DNA from: Candidatus Obscuribacteraceae bacterium
GTDB lineage: Bacteria > Cyanobacteriota > Vampirovibrionia > Obscuribacterales > Obscuribacteraceae
Direction of reading: 5' to 3'
Assembly (NCBI GenBank): GCA_044226015.1
Contig: JBGAHS010000005.1
Location: 128,001-192,000, forward strand
DNA: 64,000 nt
In this document: in pieces, positions 28,737 to 37,855 of the stretch
Layout: each line of letters begins with the position of its first letter
Numbering within the stretch: the first letter of the stretch is position 1
The notes under the pieces: generated by a model
Seen by the model: the letters and a program-made list of their open reading frames with translations, nothing else
The model's database searches: none
Told to the model about the DNA's origin: nothing
Program-made: the position numbers and the translations under genes

Positions 28737-29837
28737 CTAGAGCGATTTGTCCGTTTCCTGTTTGGCACTTGTTTTTCGCAAGGTGCCATAGACTCTAGTT
28801 TGACTTCTCAAAGTGCCGTACACCTTAACCTGGCAATGCGGTGCGTGCTGAGCCTGCGCTGGCCCGACATGGTTGGGTCGATGACGCAACGTATCCATCA
28901 TCGTGGACATGTGCTTTTTCTTGCTCTCTTCCTCTTCCTCATTCGCAACGCGTTGACCCATTTCATCCATCGCATCTTCGTGCTTGTCGTAGAACTGAGT
29001 GCCGTAATCAGAGTACTTTCCGGTGTCAAACGTGGTGTAGGACACGAAAGGGCGTTTTGCCATGCGTTCGTGCATGATTTCATCTGTCGTTTTCACAATG
29101 TCTTCGGATGTGTTTGGATCGATGGTGTTCATGTTGACGCCAGCTTTGATGGTGTCACGGAACCCTTTGCGTTCTAGCTCATGTTTGCGGTCAAAACCTT
29201 GCATATGACTGCGTTCAGTGAGTTCATGTGAATGTTGCCGGAAGTGCTCCATTTGCATTCTTGCAAAGATAACCTTCTTCTGGTCCATCGAGATGGTTTT
29301 GTCTTGCCACACTCCACCAAGTCTTTCGGCAAGTCTCAATTCTCCAGCGAGATCTTCTGGATTCCAATATCCCGGAATGCAATGCAGCACTGTGCCATCT
29401 GGCGCCATTACGAACATCTGGATGTTGTGTGGACCGGCACCGTTAGTGGTTTCCACCGCGTTTCCATCCACGGTATGAACACCGGAATTTCCCGCAAAGG
29501 GTTGGTCGCTTATGTCGCGATACCCGCAAACATAGCGGTTTCGGAGGCTCGAGAATAATGGTTCTTTGGAGAGCGACACGGCTCTGAGGCTATTGCCGGC
29601 ACTTCAAGTCTTGCCGTCCATTGAGCCGAGCATATGCACCCAAAAGATGAGCTTGCCGTTTTTCGTTGCTTCTTGCTCAGCTTCTTCGAGGTTGCTGCGC
29701 CAATTAATGCGACGATTAACCTGGTAATTTTCTTTTCGCGCTTCACTGCCAGGTACGAACGACAGTTTGTCAGCGCTGGCGGGCAAGCCAAAGCCAACAG
29801 CGAGAGTCAGGGAGAACAGCTTGATTAGCAATTTCAT
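28737..29837 (-). CDS. Exported thioredoxin-fold, SelN-like protein with an in-frame TGA at codon 78 (candidate selenoprotein; split into two ORFs in the track)
   Basis: 29604-29837 and 28737-29579 share a frame, separated only by TGA plus 8 sense codons: HMLGSMDGKT*SAGNSLRAVSLSKEP. Confidence 0.75.
29570..29585 (-). promoter_or_regulatory. Candidate bacterial SECIS hairpin
   Basis: AGAGC-CGUGUC-GCUCU; loop begins 24 nt after the UGA, with GU at loop positions 2-3. Confidence 0.35.
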
Positions 29838-29999
29838 TAAGGGTTACCAGCCACTCACAATATGATTATAATGAACTTCTTTTGGCTGGTAGTCAAGTGA
29901 AGTGGAGCTTTTTTGCTTCTCAGGTGAAAGCCTTGCTTTTGCTTGATTTACGGACGGGATCATCCGCTTCGGGGAACTCGGGGAGCTTTGGGAGCTCGT

Positions 30000-30256
30000 C
30001 TGCTGGATCTGGGGCTGTTGGATCCGGGGCTGTTGGAGCCGGGGCTGTTGAATCCGGGGCTGTTGGATCCGGGGCGCTCTTCTTAACGGGTCTAAGGAGC
30101 GGGGGGACTCCCGGGAGCTCCTTCGTTGGATCGATCGAGGGACCTTGTCTGTTGTTGGACGGCGTCCGTGGGAACTGTGGGATCCTGGGCGCTCGTCTGT
30201 TGGATCGGGGAGCTTGCCCGTTGGATCCTGGGTGCTCGTCTTAACGGATCCAAGGA
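30000..30256. repeat. GGATCC-rich repeat tract: 5 x 15-bp tandem units plus degenerate longer copies
   Basis: CTGTTGGATCCGGGG-like units at 30000-30074; 36-bp imperfect direct repeat at 30063-30098 and 30221-30256. Confidence 0.85.
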
Positions 30257-30563
30257 TTGCATCCAAGGCGCTCGACTGTTGGTGATTGCGGGATCAGGCT
30301 TATCGGTGTAAGAGCGCCAGCATTTGCTGCTTGGCATTTCGCTGCTTCTGAAGGTTTTAGTTGGGAGTGCCAGTAGTCGAAGAGCTGCAAGAACTGCTTT
30401 GAAGCCGCTTTCTAGCTGAACCTACCTTTGCTACCCAAAAGAATTTGCAGGTTGTGTGTTCTCAAGAGCCTTGTGGTATGCGACATATTAGTTCAGAACA
30501 CGATTCAAAGAGCAATTTGACTGGGCATATCTGGTAACCGAGAACCTATTATTTTCTGGGGCT

Positions 30564-33500
30564 TTGATTGCTTTGAAGTTGAAAGTTTTTCACAAGGGTC
30601 TGATATTGGTTGGCGTTCCTCTGCTTGTGGAGCTGCTTCTAATCGGTTCACTTTCGTTTTTGATTTACGAATCAGACCGCGAAAAAGCCAAAGAGCAGGT
30701 TTATCGACAATTTGCGCTGGTCACTGCGAAGCTAATGGCACTTACGTCTGAGGCACCCTACTTGCTCTTCTTGTCCATTCAGATGAGCAACGATAATTTA
30801 TTCAAATCCTATGAGAGAAAAATCGAAGACATCAAAGAATACACCAAAGAATACGATGACATTGTGAGCCGAAACCCCGAGCTTAACTGGGGCTCGAATG
30901 ATATGCAGCAAAGTGTTCTTGAACTTCTTGATGTTGCTGGAGAAATTACCACACAACGAAAAGCAAGCATCATGGATCTTATGACGGTGCTGCCAGAACT
31001 TCAGCCAAGGTTCAACAAGATAAAAGGCTCTGCAATTACTCGTCTCGGCGTCATGGTGCAAAAAGGCGAAAAGCAGACGATGGAGATGCAGGAGAAACAA
31101 GCCAGCATCCGCAATTGGATTTCTGTCATTCTGGTGGCTGGTCTGGTCTTCAATATTGCTGTTGGTATCTTGCTTGCATTCTATTACAAGAAAAGCATTA
31201 TGGAGCGCATCAAGGTCATAACGAAAAACACAGTTGCACTCTCTCGTGGACAGAGACTGCTTCCTGAGGTTGGTGGAAATGACGAAATAGCATTGTTGGA
31301 TTCAAGCTTTCATTCCATGCACAGGCAGCTTATGGCTGCTTCAGAGAGAGAGCGTGCTTTATTTAACAACGCAAGTGACGTAATTTGCGTACTTGATAGC
31401 AACAATCGTTTTAGTAAGGTCAATCCAATTTGTTATCAGTATTGGGGTTTCGAGCCCGAAGAAATGATTGGTATGTCGCTTTCTGAGCTGGTTTCGGATG
31501 AAGATTGGGTCCATACTGAGGAATTGATCATCAACGCCCGAATGAACAGAGAGCCAGTCAGTTTTGAAAATCGAATCAAGACAAAAACAGGAAAAATTAT
31601 TGAGGTGCTCTGGTCTGCTTATTGGTCGGAAAGCGAGCTCAGTCTGTTTTGTATAGTTCACGATATCAGCGAGCAAAAGCAAATTGAGAGAGTCAAGAAA
31701 CAATTTCTTGCCATGATAAGTTCTGACCTCAAGACTCCATTGAGTTCGATTTCTGCATCTGTCTCGATGTTGGTATCAGAACTGAAAGACTCCATGCCCA
31801 AGATGGCAGTCGATAAGCTTGATATGGCAAAAAAGAATGTCTTGCGTCTTCTTGGTTTGGTAAATGATTTGCTACAGATTACAGAGATGGACACTGGCAA
31901 TCTGGAAATCAAAAAGGAAGACAACAACATAGAAGAGCTTTTGCGACGCTCCATTCAAGATGTGGAAGCCGTTGCAGACAAGCAGAAGGTCAATCTTAAG
32001 GTTATTCCGGTTGAAGGAAATTGGTATGTCGATCCCAATCGAATCATGCAAGTACTGGTAAACCTGCTTTCAAACGCGATTAAATTCTCTCCTGCCGAAG
32101 GTACCGTTTTCCTCAAAGCTGAGCGGCAAGGCGACTATGTTGTTTGCAGTGTCATCGACCAGGGAAGAGGTGTTCCAGAATCGCACAAAGCTGCTATCTT
32201 CGAAAAATTCAAACAGGTAGAAGCTGCCGATGGAAAACGTAAGGCAGGAACTGGTTTAGGTTTGCCAATCTGTAAGCAAATCGTTGAGGAACATGGTGGA
32301 CTCATTGGTGTCGATAGCAAGGAAGGAAAGGGTAGTACTTTCTGGTTCAGAGTGCCTCTCGACGAAACAGTCAGCATGAAAATTAAAGCTCAGACAAAGA
32401 TTGCGCAGGCTGCCGAAGTCGCTGTTAAGTCTCGCAATGAAGCTCTTTCGAAAATGAAATCGATGGAGGAAGAAAACGCGAAGAAGAAACAGAAGCAGAA
32501 GGGCGGAAGTAAGCTTAAGCTCGCTTGGAAGGGTGTAATTCTGATTGGAATTCCTATTGCTTTTGAAGTGGTATTTGTAGCGGCTTTGTCCTTGCTCCTG
32601 ATGCAAATTGACCATGAGCGCGCAGCTGAACTGCATCAACGAAACATTGCGTTTAACGCTGGAAAACTTCTGAATCTCTACTTCCGCGCGGGAGTTTTCA
32701 TGGCAGAAGGAAAAGGAATTGATACCTGGAGAAATGTCGATGAGACTTTTCTTGCTGCTCAAAAGGTAAAGGCTGAGTTGCATGCATTGTGCCAGGATGA
32801 GCCAGAAGCCTCTGGGCATCTTGCCAAGGTTGAGCAGCAACAAACCAAGCTAGAGAGATTTGTTCAGCGTGGACGAATGCTTATGCAGTCTTCAGGAGGC
32901 TTCGACCCTTCAGTTGCTGCCGAAGCTTTGAGCGGAAGGGACAAACTGCTGCCTGTGGTAATCGGAGTGGCGCATAAAATTCAAAAGGTTATCGATGACG
33001 CTGAAGACAAAGAGTTGGCAAACCCAAAAAACCAGGAAGACTTGAGAAAGAAACAGGGACAGATTCTTGTTCTCGGGCTTGCTGCCAATGTTCTTGCTTC
33101 GGTTTTGCTAGCACTGTTTTTTACTAGAGATGTTACGTCTCGGCTAACAATTCTTGCGGACAATGCTGACAGGTTGGCGAAAGAGCAAGAGTTGAATCCT
33201 CAAATTGCTGGAAGCGATGAAATTGCACAGCTTGATCGTGTATTTCATGTCACTGCTACCGCATTGAATGAAGCGCGGCACAAAGAGCGAGCCGTTTTCG
33301 ACAATTCGCAAGACGTTGTTTGCGCCATTTCATCTGACGGCAAGTTCACCAATATGAACCCTGCAAGTTTGAAAATGTTTGGTTTTACGAAAGAGGAAAT
33401 GCTATCCAAAAACGTGCTTGATATAACACACCCGGATGATATTGAATCCACGAAGAAGTCGTTGCTCGGCGATTTCGGAGGACAACCACGCATTTCATTT

Positions 33501-34331
33501 GAAAACAGAGTGGTTAAAAAAGACGGTTCAACGATTTACGTTTTGTGGTCTGCATCAAGACAGAAAGGCGAGGAAACGTCCTATTGCGTCGCTTACGATA
33601 TTTCGAACAGAAAGGAACTCGAACAATTGAAACAAGAGTTTCTGGCGATGGTAAGCCATGACCTGAGGACACCGCTCACATCCATTACTGGTATAGCTAA
33701 GCTGATAGGTGCAGGGGCCTTCGGAAAGGTTTCGGAACAGCCAATGAAGGTTCTCACAGGCATTAATAAGAATGGAGACAAGCTGCTTGAGCTAATCAAC
33801 GATTTGTTGGATATCGAAAAACTTGAATCCGGTCACATGCAGTTGATTCTCGAAAATGTATCGCTTAAAGACCTGGTCGAAAAGTCTGCTGCAAGTGCAC
33901 CAGAAAACCATCCAGTGAAGATTGAATTTCACGGTGACAATCCGAGTGTATCGGTGAATGCAGACAAAGACAGGTTAACCCAGGCTTTGAGCAATATACT
34001 CAGTCATGCCTGTTTGCGCTCAACAGATGGAGCCACAATTCGCTTCCTTTCTCGCAACACCGCTGACTCCATTGAATTTCAGATAATCGATGCTGCTCCC
34101 GCGATGGAAGAAAAAATGCGCGTTCAACTTTTCGACCGCTTCAAAGACATGAGCTCGATGGCGTCTGCATCAGTAGAAGAACGAGTTGGCACAGGACTGG
34201 CACTACCAATTGCCAGAAAAATAATCGAGAGCCATGGCGGAACTGTTGGCGTTATAACAAAGGGAGCAAGCGGCAACGTTTATTTCATCAAGCTGCCGCT
34301 CGACGCTGCCCTCGTTCAATCTGCCAAGTAA
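30564..34331 (+). CDS. Tandem double sensor histidine kinase, paralogue of 14613-18341
   Basis: Module 1 H-box SSDLKTPL with intact NAIKFS/DQGRG/GTGLGL; module 2 SHDLRTPL with degenerate CA (NILSHACL, DAAPA). Confidence 0.93.
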   Translation: MIALKLKVFHKGLILVGVPLLVELLLIGSLSFLIYESDREKAKEQVYRQFALVTAKLMALTSEAPYLLFLSIQMSNDNLFKSYERKIEDIKEYTKEYDDIVSRNPELNWGSNDMQQSVLELLDVAGEITTQRKASIMDLMTVLPELQPRFNKIKGSAITRLGVMVQKGEKQTMEMQEKQASIRNWISVILVAGLVFNIAVGILLAFYYKKSIMERIKVITKNTVALSRGQRLLPEVGGNDEIALLDSSFHSMHRQLMAASERERALFNNASDVICVLDSNNRFSKVNPICYQYWGFEPEEMIGMSLSELVSDEDWVHTEELIINARMNREPVSFENRIKTKTGKIIEVLWSAYWSESELSLFCIVHDISEQKQIERVKKQFLAMISSDLKTPLSSISASVSMLVSELKDSMPKMAVDKLDMAKKNVLRLLGLVNDLLQITEMDTGNLEIKKEDNNIEELLRRSIQDVEAVADKQKVNLKVIPVEGNWYVDPNRIMQVLVNLLSNAIKFSPAEGTVFLKAERQGDYVVCSVIDQGRGVPESHKAAIFEKFKQVEAADGKRKAGTGLGLPICKQIVEEHGGLIGVDSKEGKGSTFWFRVPLDETVSMKIKAQTKIAQAAEVAVKSRNEALSKMKSMEEENAKKKQKQKGGSKLKLAWKGVILIGIPIAFEVVFVAALSLLLMQIDHERAAELHQRNIAFNAGKLLNLYFRAGVFMAEGKGIDTWRNVDETFLAAQKVKAELHALCQDEPEASGHLAKVEQQQTKLERFVQRGRMLMQSSGGFDPSVAAEALSGRDKLLPVVIGVAHKIQKVIDDAEDKELANPKNQEDLRKKQGQILVLGLAANVLASVLLALFFTRDVTSRLTILADNADRLAKEQELNPQIAGSDEIAQLDRVFHVTATALNEARHKERAVFDNSQDVVCAISSDGKFTNMNPASLKMFGFTKEEMLSKNVLDITHPDDIESTKKSLLGDFGGQPRISFENRVVKKDGSTIYVLWSASRQKGEETSYCVAYDISNRKELEQLKQEFLAMVSHDLRTPLTSITGIAKLIGAGAFGKVSEQPMKVLTGINKNGDKLLELINDLLDIEKLESGHMQLILENVSLKDLVEKSAASAPENHPVKIEFHGDNPSVSVNADKDRLTQALSNILSHACLRSTDGATIRFLSRNTADSIEFQIIDAAPAMEEKMRVQLFDRFKDMSSMASASVEERVGTGLALPIARKIIESHGGTVGVITKGASGNVYFIKLPLDAALVQSAK

Positions 34332-35528
34332 TTAGCGACGTCGTCCGCCACCGCCTCTTTCTCCTCCACCGCCACCACCACGGCGTCCGCCACCACCGCC
34401 ACCAAATCTGCCACCACCGTCTCCGCCTTCGCCACCGGCGCCAGCTTCACCGCCGCCACCGCGTCGTCCGCCCCCAAATCTACCGCCGCCATCGCCTGAC
34501 TCGCCTTCGCCGCCACGACGGTTTCTGCCACCGCCTTCACCTGCATTAGCGTCCGCTTGTCCATCGCCTCCGCGACGTCCACCACCAAATTTGCCACCAC
34601 CACCATCGCCATCAGCTCCGCCGGATTGACGCTCTCCGTTCAGTCCGCCTTCTCCGCCGGCTGTAGCACCATCACCGCCACCACGACGGCCAAAACGTCC
34701 GCCACCAGACTGTCCGCCTTCTCCGCCAGAACCGTTGCGTCCGAACTTGCCTTTTCTTTCGCCTTCAGCGTTTGCTGCATTGTTTAAGTCTCCCGCATTC
34801 GCTCCAGTTGCTGCCGGGTTGCTAGATACAGGGACCCTGTTGTCCATATCATTGAAGTTCTTCTGAGAATTCCATTGATTGACAGTATTAGTGTGCTGAG
34901 AATTATTATTGATTGTGACTGGTTGCCCGCCCTGATTGTAGTAGTACATACGGTTAGCATCAGCACCTGCACCTGCGCCTGCGCCCCTGTAAATTGGCGT
35001 TCCATAAGGTATGCCGTAATAGTTTGGCTGGGTCATCGCGTTTCCGATGGCTGCTCCTGTTGCAGCGCCTAAACCAGCCGCTACGGCTGTTCCCATTCCT
35101 GAGCCGCCGCCACCACCACCACTGTTGTTGGATGTATTTCCAGAGTTGTTGTAGTAGTTGTTTGTGACTGGTTGTTGCTGCTGCTGTTGCTGTTGTGGTT
35201 GTGTCTGTACCTGGGAAACCACCCACTGCAATTGCTCATGTGAGACCTGGGTTGGTCTTCCGTTTTGATCGACATACCAGAAGTTATTGTTGTTGTCGCG
35301 GTAGACCTGAACCTGTTGCGCATCAGGCGCTATGTTCAGTCCCGGAACATAAACTGGCTTGCCGCTCTTAGAAATTATGTATTGTTTGCCATCAGGTTCA
35401 CGAACAACCTGGTACATCGTCATGGTGATGTTCTGGTTGTAGCCTTGAGCGAAAACCTGAGGCGCTGTTTGTGGGGCACCCAGCAAAATCGTTAAAGCCA
35501 GCATTACAAAATTTCTCTTACTGAACAT
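34332..35528 (-). CDS. Exported low-complexity protein (Q/N/Y-rich middle, Gly/Arg-rich C-terminus)
   Basis: ATG 35528 with GGAG RBS; signal peptide ending VFA|Q; repeated GGRFGG. Confidence 0.8.
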   Translation of the reverse strand: MFSKRNFVMLALTILLGAPQTAPQVFAQGYNQNITMTMYQVVREPDGKQYIISKSGKPVYVPGLNIAPDAQQVQVYRDNNNNFWYVDQNGRPTQVSHEQLQWVVSQVQTQPQQQQQQQQPVTNNYYNNSGNTSNNSGGGGGGSGMGTAVAAGLGAATGAAIGNAMTQPNYYGIPYGTPIYRGAGAGAGADANRMYYYNQGGQPVTINNNSQHTNTVNQWNSQKNFNDMDNRVPVSSNPAATGANAGDLNNAANAEGERKGKFGRNGSGGEGGQSGGGRFGRRGGGDGATAGGEGGLNGERQSGGADGDGGGGKFGGGRRGGDGQADANAGEGGGRNRRGGEGESGDGGGRFGGGRRGGGGEAGAGGEGGDGGGRFGGGGGGRRGGGGGGERGGGGRRR

Positions 35529-35686
35529 AGCAATTTCTCCATTAGCCTTGCTACCCCTTGAGCAGCTTGCAGAGTATATCATTAGCCTCATCCATATATA
35601 CGAATTGCATTTCATCCTTTTACATCTTGTCTGGGAACTTCAGGAAAAGATCCCCCGCCAGATGCTGCAATTAAGGTTTCGGGCTT

Positions 35687-36661
35687 ATGCGCAGCAAAAT
35701 TCGAGTCAAACTAATCTCTCTGGTAACCCTTCTTAGCTTTGGGGCAATTCCTGCTCAATCTGAAGTTCTTGAGCGTAATTTGACCCATCTGATGCCTCAG
35801 TCCTATCCGCCAATCAAGGAATGGTCGGACGTAGCTAAGCGTGGAAAGGGCATTGTAATTATCATTCACGGCTTGTCGCAAAGGTCCGAAAGTGTTGTCT
35901 TGCTGGCTAAAGCAATTGCAGATGGTGGCTATGATGTTCTCGCAATTGACCAGAGAGGGCATGGAGAATGGCACGATGCTGGAAGTAAAGGAAAGCCGGG
36001 CTTCTTTTGTGATTTCAAAAAAACAAGTGAAGATCTTGCTGAGCTTGTTGTCGCTCTGAAAACAAAGCGCCCCTCTTACCCCGTGTTTCTCTTGGGTGAG
36101 AGTATCGGTGCGTCTGTTGCGCTTAAGGCAGCGTCTCTGGCTCAAGACAAAGTCGATGGTGTGGTTGCTTGTTCCTGCGGTGCCAAAGCGACAAGATTCA
36201 AAGCAAGTTGGATTCTCCACGACATCATTCACAGCATATTAAAGCCTTTCTCCGAAATTTCCGTGCGGAAGTATCAACAGGAATATGCATGTGAGAACCC
36301 CTCTGTGCTCGCAGTCTCCCTGAAGGATAATAAAGCTCGAGCGGGATTTCGTCCGATTGAAATCGTGCGGATAAATCGGTTCTTTGCTCACAATAAAAAG
36401 TATGCCCAGGCACTTTCGCCACAAACAGATCTGCTTCTCTTATCGGGCGACCTTGATAGACTTACAGCACCAGAGCAATGCGCTAAGTTGCTTAAAGCAG
36501 CGCAGAGTCGAAGAAAATCTCTCAGTACAATAAGTGGAAGCGGGCATATGATGATCGGGCGTCCTGATGTATTCCCGCAAACGAAAACCACGGTATCTCA
36601 GTGGCTAGATAACGAGTGTGTGCGTATGCTTGCGCAAAAGAAGAGCGTTTCAACAGAATAA
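35687..36661 (+). CDS. Alpha/beta hydrolase (lysophospholipase/monoacylglycerol lipase-like)
   Basis: IHGL, DQRGHG, GESIG nucleophile, GDLD, SGH. Confidence 0.9.
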   Translation: MRSKIRVKLISLVTLLSFGAIPAQSEVLERNLTHLMPQSYPPIKEWSDVAKRGKGIVIIIHGLSQRSESVVLLAKAIADGGYDVLAIDQRGHGEWHDAGSKGKPGFFCDFKKTSEDLAELVVALKTKRPSYPVFLLGESIGASVALKAASLAQDKVDGVVACSCGAKATRFKASWILHDIIHSILKPFSEISVRKYQQEYACENPSVLAVSLKDNKARAGFRPIEIVRINRFFAHNKKYAQALSPQTDLLLLSGDLDRLTAPEQCAKLLKAAQSRRKSLSTISGSGHMMIGRPDVFPQTKTTVSQWLDNECVRMLAQKKSVSTE

Positions 36662-36847
36662 ACTTGTGAACGCAAAGCCAGATTTCGTGTTTGACATTAT
36701 TCGTTGGCGTCATGAAGCGCAAGGTTCGGTAATTGCTCGAATGGGTTACTGTCTATTGTTCGATAATGATTTTATCTTATCCCAAGGTGCATGCATTGAC
36801 TGGGATTAGGACGATAAACGATCGGTGCCCGGAAAATACTTTGAACA

Positions 36848-36871
36848 GAGATCACTCTTTAGAGTGATCTC
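36848..36871. promoter_or_regulatory. 11-2-11 inverted repeat, putative operator
   Basis: GAGATCACTCT-TT-AGAGTGATCTC with perfect arms. Confidence 0.65.
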
Positions 36872-36887
36872 AATGGGGCACGCTGCC

Positions 36888-36916
36888 TTGACGCCCTCTA
36901 TGCAATCACTCAGAAT
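36888..36916 (+). promoter_or_regulatory. Putative sigma70-type promoter of the LuxR-family gene
   Basis: TTGACG-17 nt-CAGAAT. Confidence 0.45.
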
Positions 36917-36996
36917 TGTTGATAGAGCCTTTTTGTTTTGATTCTAAGTCACTTCGTTTGCTCAATCGGGAAAAGTGCTGCGCGGGTGCAAAAATA

Positions 36997-37641
36997 ATGA
37001 AGTACATTATCGTTGATTCCAACGATATTTCTAGAGCTGGGTTGAAATCTCTTCTTTTAGCCAGTGGTAAAAGTGTTGAGGAGTCAGCAGACTACTCGCT
37101 TATTTCGCGGGCTGATGCACCCGCTGTTTTGCTTCTTGGTTTGAATGAAGAGAGTATGGAAAGTGCAATCGCTCAGCTTGATGCACGTTTGCGAATAGGA
37201 AAGAAAACAAACATTCTTTGCATATCTTCGACCCTCAGTGTTGAGCAATGCGATACTCTTTCCAACATGGGTGTTCAAGGCTTTTGTAGTGGCAGCATTT
37301 CCGCTGATATGTTGGCACTGGCTATTCGTGCTGTAGAAAATGGTGCATTTTTTGTTTGTCCTAAGACCCAGCAAAAGCGAACAATGCATTTACGTAAGAA
37401 GCGCACTGCCATTGGTGAGGAATTGTCACCAAGAGAAATGGATGTTCTTGTTCAGCTAGTAAACGGAAACTCGAACCAGGATATCGCAAAGAATCTGAAT
37501 ATCAGTGTGGAAACTGTAAAAGCCCACGTTAAGAGCATTCTTGCTAAGCTGGCAGTGCATGATAGAACGCAAGCTGTAGTTAAGGCAATTAAGTTCGGAC
37601 TGGTCGAATATCTTTCAGCGAAGAGTGAGATAAAGAACTAG
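36997..37641 (+). CDS. NarL/LuxR-family regulator with an atypical, aspartate-less receiver domain
   Basis: LSPREMDVL..GNSNQDIA..ETVKAHV..DRTQAV HTH; receiver has LLLG where LLD is expected. Confidence 0.9.
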   Translation: MKYIIVDSNDISRAGLKSLLLASGKSVEESADYSLISRADAPAVLLLGLNEESMESAIAQLDARLRIGKKTNILCISSTLSVEQCDTLSNMGVQGFCSGSISADMLALAIRAVENGAFFVCPKTQQKRTMHLRKKRTAIGEELSPREMDVLVQLVNGNSNQDIAKNLNISVETVKAHVKSILAKLAVHDRTQAVVKAIKFGLVEYLSAKSEIKN

Positions 37642-37727
37642 TAATTGGAGTGAGTGGTCGAAGTGCCGCTTTTCCGTGTTTCAGTAATAGTGATAAGCTG
37701 GAAACTTTACTAAATATCGAATGTATC

Positions 37728-37763
37728 AAAAAAGGTCCAAGCCTCTTTTGAAAGAGGCTTGGA
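37728..37763 (-). terminator. Intrinsic terminator oriented for a minus-strand transcript
   Basis: TCCAAGCCTCTT-TTGA-AAGAGGCTTGGA with A6 on its left only. Confidence 0.75.
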
Positions 37764-37855
37764 GGAGAGCGTATATAAAGTCAAATACTAAGTGACAGGG
37801 ATGCTGCGTCGAGGATGTGACAGCATTGAGGAATGAAGTGTGTATCCTACCCTGC
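37728..37855 (-). ncRNA. Candidate ~130-nt small RNA
   Basis: TATTAT -10 box at 37861-37866, internal stems, CU-rich tracts, 12-bp terminator followed by U6. Confidence 0.4.

Noticed and set aside
29844..30266. 140-aa ORF with PRIQQ repeats, and overlapping ORFs
   Set aside because: Explained by the DNA repeat; no clear RBS; its 3' end crosses a TATAAT-containing likely promoter region. Not fully excluded
29960..30292. Possible CRISPR array
   Set aside because: Units are 15 bp, adjacent and degenerate, with no unique spacers and no cas genes in the window
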